Shown here: positions 10,452 through 19,546 of the stretch, one piece after another
Position numbering within the stretch: position 1 is the stretch's first letter
Layout of the letters: each line of letters opens with the position of its first letter
DNA from: a virus
IMG/VR virus record: IMGVR_UViG_3300042295_000443
Coordinates: 25,162-89,161 of that record
Reading direction: 5' to 3' (one strand)
Length of the DNA stretch: 64,000 nt
Notes under the pieces: model-generated
Seen by the model: the letters and a program-made list of their open reading frames with translations, nothing else
Told to the model about the DNA's origin: nothing
The model's database searches: none
Position numbers and translations under genes: made by a program

Positions 10452-10945
10452 AACACTGGAATTTGTGCTTTTATTATTCTATACACTATATATAGGATTA
10501 TTAATATTAACCATATACCACCTAACCAAGCTAAAAAATTTATCCATCCAGGGATATATTTAATCTTTTGTGGTTTAAGTGTTTTGGTTACTACTTTGGT
10601 ATGATATATATCATTACCCTTGATTGTTTTATAGATTGTTTCAACTTTGGCTTTTGTGTAGTACACATTGTTTTGAAGTTTGGTTTGCAAACTTATTAAC
10701 TTACCATCCTTGTCTCTAAGGTCACCATTTAGTTTAGATATAACATTACCAAGAGAGTCACAATAAAGTGTGTCTAATAGCGTTATTGTTTCTCCAGGGA
10801 TAGTTATAGTTGTGTCCTTAACTTGTATTACTGTTATAGTACTATCTTTCTGAACACATAAAGGGCAGTACTTAGCAAGTCTCTTTTCAAGAGAACAAGA
10901 TGTAATAAATACTAAAAGTAAAGAAATTAAAAATAAGTTTTTCAT
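10448..10945 (-). CDS. Unimolecular spanin-like lipoprotein
   Basis: N-terminal lipobox (FITSC), beta-rich middle, C-terminal TM helix, inside lysis cassette. Confidence 0.7.
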   Translation of the reverse strand: MKNLFLISLLLVFITSCSLEKRLAKYCPLCVQKDSTITVIQVKDTTITIPGETITLLDTLYCDSLGNVISKLNGDLRDKDGKLISLQTKLQNNVYYTKAKVETIYKTIKGNDIYHTKVVTKTLKPQKIKYIPGWINFLAWLGGIWLILIILYIVYRIIKAQIPVL

Positions 10946-11442
10946 TATCTAAATATTTTTGCTATACATTTAGCCCAAGTACAAACATCTACTGGACTTC
11001 CATTTTCAATACTAAATATAAAATATAAATCATTGCTCATATCTATAAATGAATTTACTGCCTCTACGGCCGCAAGATCATCTTCATTTCCTACAGGTAA
11101 TGGATTCATATAAAATAAACTAGTTCCCTTTATTATTAATTCTCTATAAAATGATTCTAAATTATTTATACTATTTAAGTCAGAGGCTGTTGCAATTAAT
11201 GTAGCACCTATTAAAGTTGGAGCATTATTGTGATACATTCTTAATAAAGAACTAGATGCAGGAATACCAACAGACTTATGAATTTTAGCTCTGATAGATA
11301 TCATATCATCAGACAATAATGTATTTGCTGGTATTTGTATAATAGCACTTTCAGTTTCTGTAATAGTGCCAGTTACAGGTATTCCCGTTGTAACAAAAAC
11401 TTGTTGATTATTAATTCCACTTAATGTAATTAGTGTTCCCAT
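10945..11442 (-). CDS. Tail/virion fibre-associated protein
   Basis: Beta-rich; similar to the C-terminal domain of 13124-14110. Confidence 0.55.
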   Translation of the reverse strand: MGTLITLSGINNQQVFVTTGIPVTGTITETESAIIQIPANTLLSDDMISIRAKIHKSVGIPASSSLLRMYHNNAPTLIGATLIATASDLNSINNLESFYRELIIKGTSLFYMNPLPVGNEDDLAAVEAVNSFIDMSNDLYFIFSIENGSPVDVCTWAKCIAKIFR

Positions 11443-11457
11443 CTTAATATACTAATT

Positions 11458-12021
11458 TTAATACGTTTTGAATAATGTAAATAATTCAGAATAAATAGAA
11501 TTTCCTGCATTATTAGTATTCCATTGAGCAGTAATTACAAGTGTATTAACTAATGTGGTATCAAAAGTTGTATTATTTATTATGCTAAAATTTACACCTT
11601 CAAAGTTAAGTCCTGAATTTTTAGTATATGAAAATAATCCTCCTGATGCTATAGAAGCTACTGTTGCTGCTCCTAATTGCCTTATAGTAAAATTAACATC
11701 TAATTTCCAATGTTTATTAGTAGCAGCACTCATTGCCATTGCTCCTGTATCTGCTAGTAATATACCTGATGCAGTTTTAATTCTAACTTGTAAAGTAGCT
11801 GTACCTACACAAGATAAGTGACCTATTATTGACCCACTAAAACTATCTCCTACTTGAAATCCATTTGCAGGAATTGTAAGAGTTCCTAATCCTCCATCTA
11901 ATAAACTACCCTCAACTGCAGTAGCTGTTACAGGAGTACTAGAATTAGTCTGAGTATATAGTCTATTTATAAACCCTGAAGGATTTAAAGAGTACTTATC
12001 TATATTTATCTCAGTACTCAT
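11458..12021 (-). CDS. Virion structural/fibre protein
   Basis: T/G/S/N-rich beta protein in tail cluster. Confidence 0.55.
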   Translation of the reverse strand: MSTEINIDKYSLNPSGFINRLYTQTNSSTPVTATAVEGSLLDGGLGTLTIPANGFQVGDSFSGSIIGHLSCVGTATLQVRIKTASGILLADTGAMAMSAATNKHWKLDVNFTIRQLGAATVASIASGGLFSYTKNSGLNFEGVNFSIINNTTFDTTLVNTLVITAQWNTNNAGNSIYSELFTLFKTY

Positions 12022-12024
12022 TAC

Positions 12025-12372
12025 TTAAAGTATATAAGTAATTAAGAATGTAGTTCCTGTTGCATCATAAGATATACCTACTATAGTATTATTTACTCCT
12101 GGATCAAAATTAATTGTTACTCCTGCTGGTAATGGAAGTCCATTTACAGTTCCTGCTGCAGCTCCTACATTTGCTATAGAAAATCCATATGTATCATCAG
12201 GTATTGAATTTGGAGTAGTTTCATATCCAACTACAGGTATTCTTTGTTTTGGTGGACAACAAACTCCATGATTTAAAACATCAATAATACCTTGTAATCC
12301 TTGCAACATTTTTAATTGCCACGGGAAATTATTTCCTTTTTGACCGTCTGTTTTTAAATTTCCTACTGACAT
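12025..12372 (-). CDS. Virion structural protein
   Basis: Composition and context. Confidence 0.5.
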   Translation of the reverse strand: MSVGNLKTDGQKGNNFPWQLKMLQGLQGIIDVLNHGVCCPPKQRIPVVGYETTPNSIPDDTYGFSIANVGAAAGTVNGLPLPAGVTINFDPGVNNTIVGISYDATGTTFLITYIL

Positions 12373-12385
12373 AGTTTCTTATTTA

Positions 12386-12868
12386 TTATTGCGGATTAAC
12401 AATTAAAAAATTAATGTTTAATGGTTGATCTAATGCTCCACTTGCATCTGGGTTGCTAATAGTAATTCTAACTGATCCACCTAATGGATTTAGTTCTGAA
12501 AAAACAACTGGTGTACCAGCACCAAATGAAGGATAACCAACACTTAAAAATAATATTGAATTAGCTTTTAAATTTGTATTATTAAGTGTAAATGTATCTG
12601 GTGTACCAGGTATAGTAGTTGCACCTACTGTAACAATAGTTCCTACATGTGTATTTAATGTTACAGCAGTATTAATAGAAGTCAATTGAGTTACAGTACC
12701 TGTATCATACAAAGATTGTAAAGGTGCTGCATTTACTGCAAGTGCTAACCAACCATCATCTCTACTTGGATCTTTAGCTCCAATTGCTAATAGATTTTGT
12801 GTATCAGTTGGTAAAGTTGTTCTGTAGTTTCCGGCTTTAATCCAAGAAATAAAATTTAAAATATCCAT
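12386..12868 (-). CDS. Virion structural/decoration protein
   Basis: GTVTQLTSINTAVTLN beta-rich domain; late promoter upstream. Confidence 0.55.
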   Translation of the reverse strand: MDILNFISWIKAGNYRTTLPTDTQNLLAIGAKDPSRDDGWLALAVNAAPLQSLYDTGTVTQLTSINTAVTLNTHVGTIVTVGATTIPGTPDTFTLNNTNLKANSILFLSVGYPSFGAGTPVVFSELNPLGGSVRITISNPDASGALDQPLNINFLIVNPQ

Positions 12869-12910
12869 GATTGTTTTTTTTATAAGTTTATATGTATAAT
12901 ATACTAAAAA

Positions 12911-13114
12911 TTATTTAGATAACAAAACTATTATTAATTCATTTATAGTTTTATAACTAATATTGTTTACAGTAACAGTAATGTCTATAAAAATAGTTCC
13001 ATTATTAGTTGATATGTGGGCTTGTGTTTCATGAAGTATTTCAAATATACCATCTGTAATATATTCTAAATCACGCATTATAAACCCTCCCGGTATAGTT
13101 GTTAAATTAAGCAT
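12911..13114 (-). CDS. Small hypothetical protein downstream of fibre gene
   Basis: ORF track; context. Confidence 0.45.
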   Translation of the reverse strand: MLNLTTIPGGFIMRDLEYITDGIFEILHETQAHISTNNGTIFIDITVTVNNISYKTINELIIVLLSK

Positions 13115-13123
13115 ATCTTCCCA

Positions 13124-14110
13124 TTAGTAAATCATTAAGTTAAGCCTTGTTATTGTACCATCATCTAATAAAGTTGAGCATTGTATAGCTGCTATAAGGT
13201 AGTATGCATTAGCCATTGTATAAGTTATGTTAGTCATAGGTGCTGAGGATAGATCTGTAGAAATACCATTAGTAGGTACGTAGCATTGAATGCTGTTATT
13301 AGTGATATAGATATCTCTAGCCACTCTTTGCATAAGACCCGAGCCTGTCATATTTGCACCTTGAGCTATTTGAGTAGCACCCACTAAACTATTGGTAGTG
13401 TTAATATAAAAACGTACATTGACTGTACCTGAGCCTCCTATCTTTCTTACCTGTGCTCTTAGCTGTAGTACTTTAGTAGGTATTAGTGTACTACCAGGGA
13501 TAAGGATAGATGCACTGATAGTGTTAACTGTTAAGTTATTTACTAATATTCCTGTAGCATTGCCTACTGTAGTGTAAGGGCTTGAACCTGCAATAACAAT
13601 GTCACCACTTCCTAGCAATGATGTAGAGTTAATAGTCTTTATGTTAGTGCCTGATACTAGTATTGGTTGATAAGTTAAAGCTGCTGTAGATGCAGTAAGA
13701 TAAGGACCTAATGCAGAAGAAGTAATAAATCCAGAAGGATTAGCCGCGTCATATGGAGTAAATCCAAGAGCACTAGTAACCATTGGTCCTGTTATACCTG
13801 AGATAAATGCATTAGGATTTGTAAGAGGATAATAAGTTAATGCTGCAGTTGCTGCTGTTAAATAACCTGACAAAGCTGCATTTGTAATATATCCTGCTGG
13901 ATTTAAGCTTAACGGATAATAATTTAGATCATAAGTAGGTAAACCATTGTTCCATAATACAGAAGGATTAGGATAAGTACCAGATAAGTCTCCACCCGCA
14001 GGTCCTGTAGGAGATCCTCCTCCACCTCCTGAAGTTTTAGGTTTTCCATCAGGTCCATATACTTCTATACGGGAACCATATACAGTACCATCTTTTTCAG
14101 TTACTTGCAT
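13124..14110 (-). CDS. Tail fibre-like protein with internal repeats
   Basis: GPAGGDLSGTYPNP, NPxGFIT and YLTAxTAALTY repeats, LVSGTNIKTINSTSLLGSGDI fibre motif. Confidence 0.7.
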   Translation of the reverse strand: MQVTEKDGTVYGSRIEVYGPDGKPKTSGGGGGSPTGPAGGDLSGTYPNPSVLWNNGLPTYDLNYYPLSLNPAGYITNAALSGYLTAATAALTYYPLTNPNAFISGITGPMVTSALGFTPYDAANPSGFITSSALGPYLTASTAALTYQPILVSGTNIKTINSTSLLGSGDIVIAGSSPYTTVGNATGILVNNLTVNTISASILIPGSTLIPTKVLQLRAQVRKIGGSGTVNVRFYINTTNSLVGATQIAQGANMTGSGLMQRVARDIYITNNSIQCYVPTNGISTDLSSAPMTNITYTMANAYYLIAAIQCSTLLDDGTITRLNLMIY

Positions 14111-14408
14111 AATCTATACCGTATATATAATAAGTTGTACCTAAAATATTAGAGTAGGCAGTTAATGTATCTCCTGCATTTAAAACATAAACTAATGTAT
14201 CATTAATTGTATCACCTGCTGCTAAAGTTACTTCATATAAAACTATTGTAGAAGTAGTTAATGCATCATATTTTTCTAAAGTTAATATATAGGCTAAAGG
14301 ATTATTAAAACTTAAAGTAATAACTTTTGTTAAAGGCAAAGCAGATGAACCTGTAGCTAATACAGTACCTGCTATACTTAAATCCCCTTGTAATGAAAAT
14401 TCTGTCAT
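14097..14408 (-). CDS. Small virion structural protein
   Basis: VLNAGDTLTA beta-rich; late promoter at 14413-14424. Confidence 0.5.
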   Translation of the reverse strand: MTEFSLQGDLSIAGTVLATGSSALPLTKVITLSFNNPLAYILTLEKYDALTTSTIVLYEVTLAAGDTINDTLVYVLNAGDTLTAYSNILGTTYYIYGIDYASN

Positions 14409-14433
14409 ACTATAATATACAAAAAATTTATCA

Positions 14434-14466
14434 TAAAAAAAAGCCCTGCTGTTACCTAGGGCTTCT
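14434..14466 (-). terminator. Intrinsic terminator
   Basis: AAGCCCT...AGGGCTT stem with A-run. Confidence 0.6.
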
Positions 14467-14506
14467 CATTAACTTAAAAGTATAACTAACCAAAGTGACT
14501 TCTAAG

Positions 14507-14698
14507 TCAAATCCATAATCCTATAAGAAAGGATAATATTATTATTATAAACATACAATAGTTTGCAATTATATTCCCTGTACTATCATATTCAAAGTTT
14601 TTACTCATCTTATTAAAGATTGGTTTTGACATAGCATGTGCTATTAACCATAGCAATAATATAATTGCACAAAAAATTATAATAACAATTGTTTTCAT
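14507..14698 (-). CDS. Small two-TM membrane protein
   Basis: Two hydrophobic helices. Confidence 0.55.
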   Translation of the reverse strand: MKTIVIIIFCAIILLLWLIAHAMSKPIFNKMSKNFEYDSTGNIIANYCMFIIIILSFLIGLWI

Positions 14699-15072
14699 AA
14701 TGTATCTATTCTTCTCTGTAAATATACTAAAGCTTTTTCTAAATCTTCTTTTTTGTTAAAACTTTTTTTACCAGCTCTTGCTAAATACTTTAGAACATTA
14801 CCTAAATAAAAATCTTTATCTAGTTTCCATGCTTCTAATACACTAAATACTTCATAGGTTGAATCTTTTCCACCATAGTATTCCGGACGGGAATTAAAAG
14901 GAGGTATATTTTTTCTAAAGTCATGTACATCTTCTGCAAGAGTATTATACTTTAGATCCTTTACATTATAAGGAGTATAAGTTTTTATTCTCTCTTCAAT
15001 GTCTTTTGGAGACAGTTCTTTACCTTTCATAGTATTAGATGAGAAGTAATCATCATGTGAGATATTTACCAT
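14695..15072 (-). CDS. DUF3310 (SaV-like) protein
   Basis: PEYY...FYLGNVLKYLARAGKK...EDLEKALVYL. Confidence 0.85.
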   Translation of the reverse strand: MVNISHDDYFSSNTMKGKELSPKDIEERIKTYTPYNVKDLKYNTLAEDVHDFRKNIPPFNSRPEYYGGKDSTYEVFSVLEAWKLDKDFYLGNVLKYLARAGKKSFNKKEDLEKALVYLQRRIDTL

Positions 15073-15353
15073 ATGATTGCTATATCCATTTCATTCAACA
15101 TTAACTTGACACTCCCGTCAATGTCAACTTTTTCTGCATGTTCTAATTGACTAACTGCAATATATACTACATCTCCTACTACAACATCTTCTACTTTATC
15201 TCCTACAGCATAAATAGTAAGTCTATTCCATTGCTTCATTGCTTCATACATCAGTGCATCATCATCTTTAGTAGATAACTTAATTACTGATTCTTTCTTT
15301 ACAGGTACTTCTATTAAGATTCTTCTTCCTCTTAATGTTTTAAATTGGCTCAT
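15066..15353 (-). CDS. groES: GroES-like co-chaperonin
   Basis: LRGRRILIE, YAVGDKVEDVVVGDVV, LNEMDIAII. Confidence 0.75.
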   Translation of the reverse strand: MSQFKTLRGRRILIEVPVKKESVIKLSTKDDDALMYEAMKQWNRLTIYAVGDKVEDVVVGDVVYIAVSQLEHAEKVDIDGSVKLMLNEMDIAIIW

Positions 15354-15357
15354 ACTT

Positions 15358-15612
15358 TTATTTTAGGGTTATTACTTTGTTTATAGACATTTGAGCATTA
15401 ACTATTTGTCCTATTGCATGCTCAAATAAAATACTTCTAACTGGATTTCCTCCAGCTAATATGTATTCTTCTCTTAATAAATTAGTTACTTCTGCCATAA
15501 GCTTCTTAACTTTATAATCTGATGTATCTTCTGATAAATCAAAATCTATTTCCATTAAGGTTTCTCCAAAAGATACTATTTTAGTTTCTTTAAATGCTAG
15601 TTGTTCTTCCAT
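15358..15612 (-). CDS. Acb2/Tad1-like helical hairpin protein (candidate nucleotide-signal sponge)
   Basis: FGETL.IDF...VKKLMAE...LFEHAIGQIVNAQMSINKVIT resembles the A-I-T-x-x-x-x-A-Q-M-W-A-V-K pattern. Confidence 0.5.
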   Translation of the reverse strand: MEEQLAFKETKIVSFGETLMEIDFDLSEDTSDYKVKKLMAEVTNLLREEYILAGGNPVRSILFEHAIGQIVNAQMSINKVITLK

Positions 15613-15643
15613 GATTATACATTTGGTTTATGCAAATATATAA

Positions 15644-15784
15644 TTATTTTCCTTGACCTCTATATAATTTTTTATATTTTTTTGAAGACTTTAATTGAGA
15701 GCTTCCAGACTTAGCATGTATCCCTGGTCTAGAGATATTCTTTTTTACTTTTGTGGTCATACCACTATCTTTAATTTTTGCCAT
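15644..15784 (-). CDS. 46-aa highly basic protein (not in ORF track)
   Basis: MAKIKDSG...KKYKKLYRGQGK, hand translated. Confidence 0.65.
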   Translation of the reverse strand: MAKIKDSGMTTKVKKNISRPGIHAKSGSSQLKSSKKYKKLYRGQGK

Positions 15785-15796
15785 GATTATTATTTA

Positions 15797-16069
15797 TTAA
15801 CAGTTCCATTTTCTTAATGCAAGAGTCTTCCTTGTAGGTTCTCCATTTGGTTTTTTAGCAGGACCTGGCATACCAGACATTCTAGCGCAAAAACTCTTTC
15901 TTCTTTTAGCATCTTTACTTCCTGCTTTTAACTTAGATGGTTTAGTAGTAACAGCTGTCTGAAGTTTACTACCAGGATTAGCTGCTCTATAAGATGCTAC
16001 TCCTTTTGCATTCAATCCTCCTGCAGGATTCTTACCTTCTTTTCTAGTCCAAGCTGCTGTCTTTGCCAT
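15797..16069 (-). CDS. Basic phage protein (DUF6321-like)
   Basis: AWTRKEGKNPAGGLNAKG...RRKSFCARM...ALRKWNC. Confidence 0.7.
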   Translation of the reverse strand: MAKTAAWTRKEGKNPAGGLNAKGVASYRAANPGSKLQTAVTTKPSKLKAGSKDAKRRKSFCARMSGMPGPAKKPNGEPTRKTLALRKWNC

Positions 16070-16071
16070 GA

Positions 16072-16410
16072 TTATATTTTTTTAACTTTTCTACCCATAC
16101 CTACTCTAGACTTTTCTGCTTTCTTAGCAGTTAGTTTAGAAGGTGTTATTTCACTTTTTGTTTTAGGTGTTGCTTTAGATATTCTTTTGGTAGGTCTACA
16201 GTATTCATTCTTTCCTCCTGCACCACAAGCTTTTCCTGATTTAGTATCTTGCCATTTTTCTGCTTGCCATCTTTTAAGATCTGATCCTGCTTTAGTTTTT
16301 CTAACAGCACCAGAACCTTTTCTACATTTTGCAATAGCTTGAGAAGCCCTTGCCGAAGGGAACACAGCGTACTGTGCTTTTACTTTAGAATAACATGCAT
16401 CTTTTGGCAT
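16072..16410 (-). CDS. Basic Cys-containing phage protein (DUF5872-like)
   Basis: LKRWQAEKWQD...CG...YCRPTKRIS..TPKT. Confidence 0.6.
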   Translation of the reverse strand: MPKDACYSKVKAQYAVFPSARASQAIAKCRKGSGAVRKTKAGSDLKRWQAEKWQDTKSGKACGAGGKNEYCRPTKRISKATPKTKSEITPSKLTAKKAEKSRVGMGRKVKKI

Positions 16411-16416
16411 TGCTTT

Positions 16417-16863
16417 TTATTTTCTAGAGAAGAACCCTTTCTTAGGTGCTTCTATTTTAGTATTCTTTAGTTTTTCAATAATCTTGTTTGCTTCATATTC
16501 AGCATAAGTTATTACCTCTTCTTCTTTATCTTTTATATTCCAGTTGTTTAGTAAGATACTCATGTGCATAGTTTCATGCATAACAGCTGTGGCTTTTTCT
16601 GTAACATTATACTTTTTAAAAGTACCTAAGTTTAAAAATAAAAATGGTTTGTATGGATCTTTAGCAGTTAACTTTTTATCTGCCGGATCATAATTAGTTA
16701 ATCCATATATGTAAACTCCATTACCAACAGTCTTATCTACTTCTTCAGCCTGGGCATCTGCTCTATTTAACCCGTGCATCTCATCTACTTTATAGTAGTC
16801 AAAGATTTCAGTAGCATCATTACCTATAAGTAAGATATACTTACCCATATCAACTTTTTTCAC
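16417..16863 (-). CDS. Putative zincin metallopeptidase
   Basis: VMHETMH (HExxH) with downstream EE. Confidence 0.55.
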   Translation of the reverse strand: MKKVDMGKYILLIGNDATEIFDYYKVDEMHGLNRADAQAEEVDKTVGNGVYIYGLTNYDPADKKLTAKDPYKPFLFLNLGTFKKYNVTEKATAVMHETMHMSILLNNWNIKDKEEEVITYAEYEANKIIEKLKNTKIEAPKKGFFSRK

Positions 16864-16864
16864 A

Positions 16865-17221
16865 TTACTTCTTTTTAGATTTTACTATACCACCTACTTT
16901 TGATTTCTTAATAGGAAATCCATCTTTATCATAACCTGGTCTACCTTTATCAAGTTGTCTTAAAGCATCTTTTTGAGCTTTAAGACCTTTATCTAAATAA
17001 CTATTAAATTGTTTTCTTAGGTGAGGATAAGTACTTCTATCAGAAGCTTTTTGAAAATTAACTTTGGCTTTATAATTATAATAATCTGTACTATCTGCTG
17101 TAGGTTTTACAACTTTTGAGTTATAGTTAGTATAATCTGTACTATCTATTTTAGCTTTTGCTTTTTTAACTGCTGCAGTTGCAACTTTTTTAAGTGATCC
17201 TTTCTTTGGAGTTGGTGGCAT
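16865..17221 (-). CDS. Basic protein with DSTDY repeat
   Basis: Late promoter motif 17248-17259; DSTDYxNY twice. Confidence 0.55.
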   Translation of the reverse strand: MPPTPKKGSLKKVATAAVKKAKAKIDSTDYTNYNSKVVKPTADSTDYYNYKAKVNFQKASDRSTYPHLRKQFNSYLDKGLKAQKDALRQLDKGRPGYDKDGFPIKKSKVGGIVKSKKK

Positions 17222-17331
17222 ACTTTCTTAGTTTTAGGTTTATATTATAATATACTAAATATTATTTACTTATACAAATATCAGGATATAACCTGATGAT
17301 GGGGGCCCTTGAGTAAGGCTATAACCTTAAG

Positions 17332-17964
17332 TTATTCGTTATCATAAAACATTCTTTCTGAATCTTCTGTTTGCCACTTTTCAAATCCTTCGCAGTTATA
17401 CCATTCATTACATACTAAGTAATCTGGTTTCTCTGGGAAAGCTTTAGTTACAAATGAAGGTTCAGACCATTTAATTCTGTTGTTAGGTTGTAAAGCTATC
17501 TGACCATTCTCAAGTAAAATGATATGATGACTTTTATGTTCTTTAGGATCTTCAGCTAATGTAAGATCTGTGTTAAGATCATTTGATCCCCAGTTAATAG
17601 TTCCATGGTAATTACCTTTGTAAAATTTATGGTCTTTCATATATACTTCTACAGGAGTATCATAGAGGTAAGACAAACTCATAACAGTAAAGTTATAAGA
17701 GAAGCAATTCCATAACTGTAAAAAATGAAATGGTAGATCTGGATCTGGTGTCTCTGGTTCAGTCAATAAAGCATGACTTGGTAACTTATCTCTAAGAGCT
17801 CCATTCTCTAAAAGTACCTGGAATAATGCTGCTTGCCCCGGCATACATCTTACTGATACTATTATCCCTGGAGTAAACTCTCCTTGACCTTTAGTGTGTT
17901 GGTACATGTATTCATTTCTTACAAATACTTTAAGAGGAAAGAAGTTATGTTCTATGTGTGCCAT
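17332..17964 (-). CDS. Conserved phage hypothetical protein (track start 18015; likely start MAHIEHN)
   Basis: LQLWNCFSY, EHKSHHI, ALQPNNRI; TACATTTG promoter motif just upstream. Confidence 0.65.
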   Translation of the reverse strand: MAHIEHNFFPLKVFVRNEYMYQHTKGQGEFTPGIIVSVRCMPGQAALFQVLLENGALRDKLPSHALLTEPETPDPDLPFHFLQLWNCFSYNFTVMSLSYLYDTPVEVYMKDHKFYKGNYHGTINWGSNDLNTDLTLAEDPKEHKSHHIILLENGQIALQPNNRIKWSEPSFVTKAFPEKPDYLVCNEWYNCEGFEKWQTEDSERMFYDNE

Positions 17965-18076
17965 AATAAATAAGTTTGTCACAAATGTATAAATATTTAT
18001 AATACTATAAAGCATAATATAGTTTACAAAACTATACTATTTTGTAACTTATATGTTACATTATGCATGCATATTC

Positions 18077-18160
18077 TGGAAAAATTCATGCAGGTTATAT
18101 ACTTATAGTGGAAAATTCCCATCACTAAAACGGTTATAATCCTGTTATGGTGGAAAATTC
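18077..18160. repeat. Three TGGAAAA(A)TTC repeats in divergent intergenic region
   Basis: 18077-18087, 18109-18118, 18151-18160; last two preceded by GGTTATA...TTATRG. Confidence 0.6.
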
Positions 18161-18464
18161 TTACACAAAGTTATATGGTTTTTTAGTATGTGAGATGTAG
18201 AGGTTGGGTGCTATGATACAACCCCCCGCCAAATCCTGTGGAGGTGGTACCCCCCACCAACTTGAGGAGTGTGTCATAAATTCTAGGAAATATTTTAGAA
18301 AAAAATCCTGCTGGGAAAGAAACCTAGCTGCTACAACAGGAGAGGAGAGACAAGAGGTGACATGCTATGTCTACTACATGTACTATGCTAGTGATGTGCT
18401 AGCAAGAGGAGGGAGGCAGGGTGCTATATAATAGGGGTGTGTACTATATGTATAATATAGTATA

Positions 18465-18499
18465 GCCTTCGGCAGATTATATAACAGCTTATAACTACT
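18465..18499 (+). promoter_or_regulatory. Early repeat element 1 (candidate virion-RNAP promoter)
   Basis: GCCTTCGGCAG-N8-ACAGCTT-ATA-ACTACT. Confidence 0.7.
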
Positions 18500-18523
18500 A
18501 TGGAACCAACTAAACTTTGTATC

Positions 18524-18592
18524 ATGATTGTATATGCTGTAATAAACGGAGTAGTTACTGTTAAGGAATGGGTGTTAAATCCTAATGCTTAA
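18524..18592 (+). CDS. 22-aa peptide MIVYAVINGVVTVKEWVLNPNA
   Basis: Between repeat 1 and hairpin 18598-18620; AACCAACTAAACT leader like that of ORF 22104. Confidence 0.5.
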   Translation: MIVYAVINGVVTVKEWVLNPNA

Positions 18593-18632
18593 TGTTTGAG
18601 GGAGCTGTAATAGCTCTCTTAACTATGCTTAA

Positions 18633-18667
18633 GCCTTCGGCAGATGGTACTACAGCTTATAACTGCT
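18633..18667 (+). promoter_or_regulatory. Early repeat element 2
   Basis: GCCTTCGGCAG-N8-ACAGCTT-ATA-ACTGCT. Confidence 0.7.
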
Positions 18668-18708
18668 AAGGATATATTATATTTATTAACCATCTAAAAC
18701 TTAAAAAG

Positions 18709-18975
18709 ATGAGCAATGTTAAAGGATTCTTAATCAGTGTAAGTGACACTGTAAAAACAAACACTAATGGAACTGAATTCAGATCTTGCATAGTAGCCAT
18801 TGAGGGTGAAAACTATTTTGCAAAAATCTGGGAGAAATCTGTTTCCAAAGCTGTTGTTGGCAATGAGTACACTGTTGAAATGATTGTTGATGGTGAAAAC
18901 TTATGGTTAACATTGTTAACTGGTGTTACTGCAACTATTGCAACACCTAATATGCTTGCACACCTACTTAAATAA
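18709..18975 (+). CDS. Small beta-rich (OB-fold-like) early protein, paralogue A
   Basis: About 55/88 identical to 19806-20081 by hand alignment. Confidence 0.8.
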   Translation: MSNVKGFLISVSDTVKTNTNGTEFRSCIVAIEGENYFAKIWEKSVSKAVVGNEYTVEMIVDGENLWLTLLTGVTATIATPNMLAHLLK

Positions 18976-18982
18976 TAGGTAG

Positions 18983-19013
18983 AAGATGACACCCTTAATT
19001 GGGTGTTATCTTT
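18983..19013 (+). terminator. Intrinsic terminator
   Basis: AAGATGACACCC/GGGTGTTATCTT stem. Confidence 0.65.
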
Positions 19014-19021
19014 ATAGTTAA

Positions 19022-19056
19022 GCCTTCGGCAGGAAATGCTACAACTTAAAACTACT
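19022..19056 (+). promoter_or_regulatory. Early repeat element 3
   Basis: GCCTTCGGCAG-N8-ACAACTT-AAA-ACTACT. Confidence 0.7.
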
Positions 19057-19089
19057 CATAGTATTAATGTTAAATTTAAACTATATATC

Positions 19090-19293
19090 ATGGACACAAC
19101 AACTGTATTACAAATTATTGCTATGCTTGAAGGTGATGCAAAATCATACATTAAACACCTTGATAATACTAATGACCCTTTTGAAACAGGGTACATTAAA
19201 GGTTATCATGATGCTTTAACAAAGCATGCCCACATGCTGCAAGAGTATATTGAACTGCAAGTAAATTATGCAGAGAATGCATTAGGGGAGTAA
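19090..19293 (+). CDS. 67-aa early protein (start revised from 19036)
   Basis: The track ATG at 19036 lies within repeat 3; ATG 19090 has an A-rich leader. Confidence 0.65.
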   Translation: MDTTTVLQIIAMLEGDAKSYIKHLDNTNDPFETGYIKGYHDALTKHAHMLQEYIELQVNYAENALGE

Positions 19294-19304
19294 TCCCCTT
19301 TTTT
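19284..19304 (+). terminator. Terminator AGGGGA-GTAA-TCCCCT-T
   Basis: Stop codon sits in the loop; same hairpin at 20968-20986. Confidence 0.75.
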
Positions 19305-19330
19305 AAACTGTAATCCCTAAATTAAAATAT

Positions 19331-19435
19331 ATGTTAATAGTTATTGGAAATGTAATGTTTGTTGCTATAATAGTGTTTATTGCCCGTTGTGGCTACAAGC
19401 TAGAAAAGGCTGATGAAGAAAAGGAAAGGGCTTAG
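19331..19435 (+). CDS. 34-aa single-TM peptide
   Basis: MLIVIGNVMFVAIIVFIARCGYKLEKADEEKERA, followed by hairpin and U-tract. Confidence 0.55.
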   Translation: MLIVIGNVMFVAIIVFIARCGYKLEKADEEKERA

Positions 19436-19511
19436 GCTCTTTCTTTTTTTGCTCAATCATTCATTCTTATGGAGTGGCTTGCGCCACACCTTTTATGTCT
19501 TTCTTTCAATG

Positions 19512-19546
19512 GCCTTCGGCAGGAGTCTCTACAGCTTAGGACTTCT
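19512..19546 (+). promoter_or_regulatory. Early repeat element 4
   Basis: GCCTTCGGCAG-N8-ACAGCTT-AGG-ACTTCT. Confidence 0.7.

Noticed and set aside
17293-17330. Hammerhead ribozyme from CTGATGA
   Set aside because: No GAAA and no stems I/III
18204-18431. 75-aa ORF in the track
   Set aside because: Lies in low-complexity GC-rich intergenic DNA, TTG start, atypical composition
18465-18475. RNA C(UUCG)G tetraloop as the function of the repeat core
   Set aside because: Only one base pair would close it (next pair C.C); the 3-bp triloop fits all intact copies better
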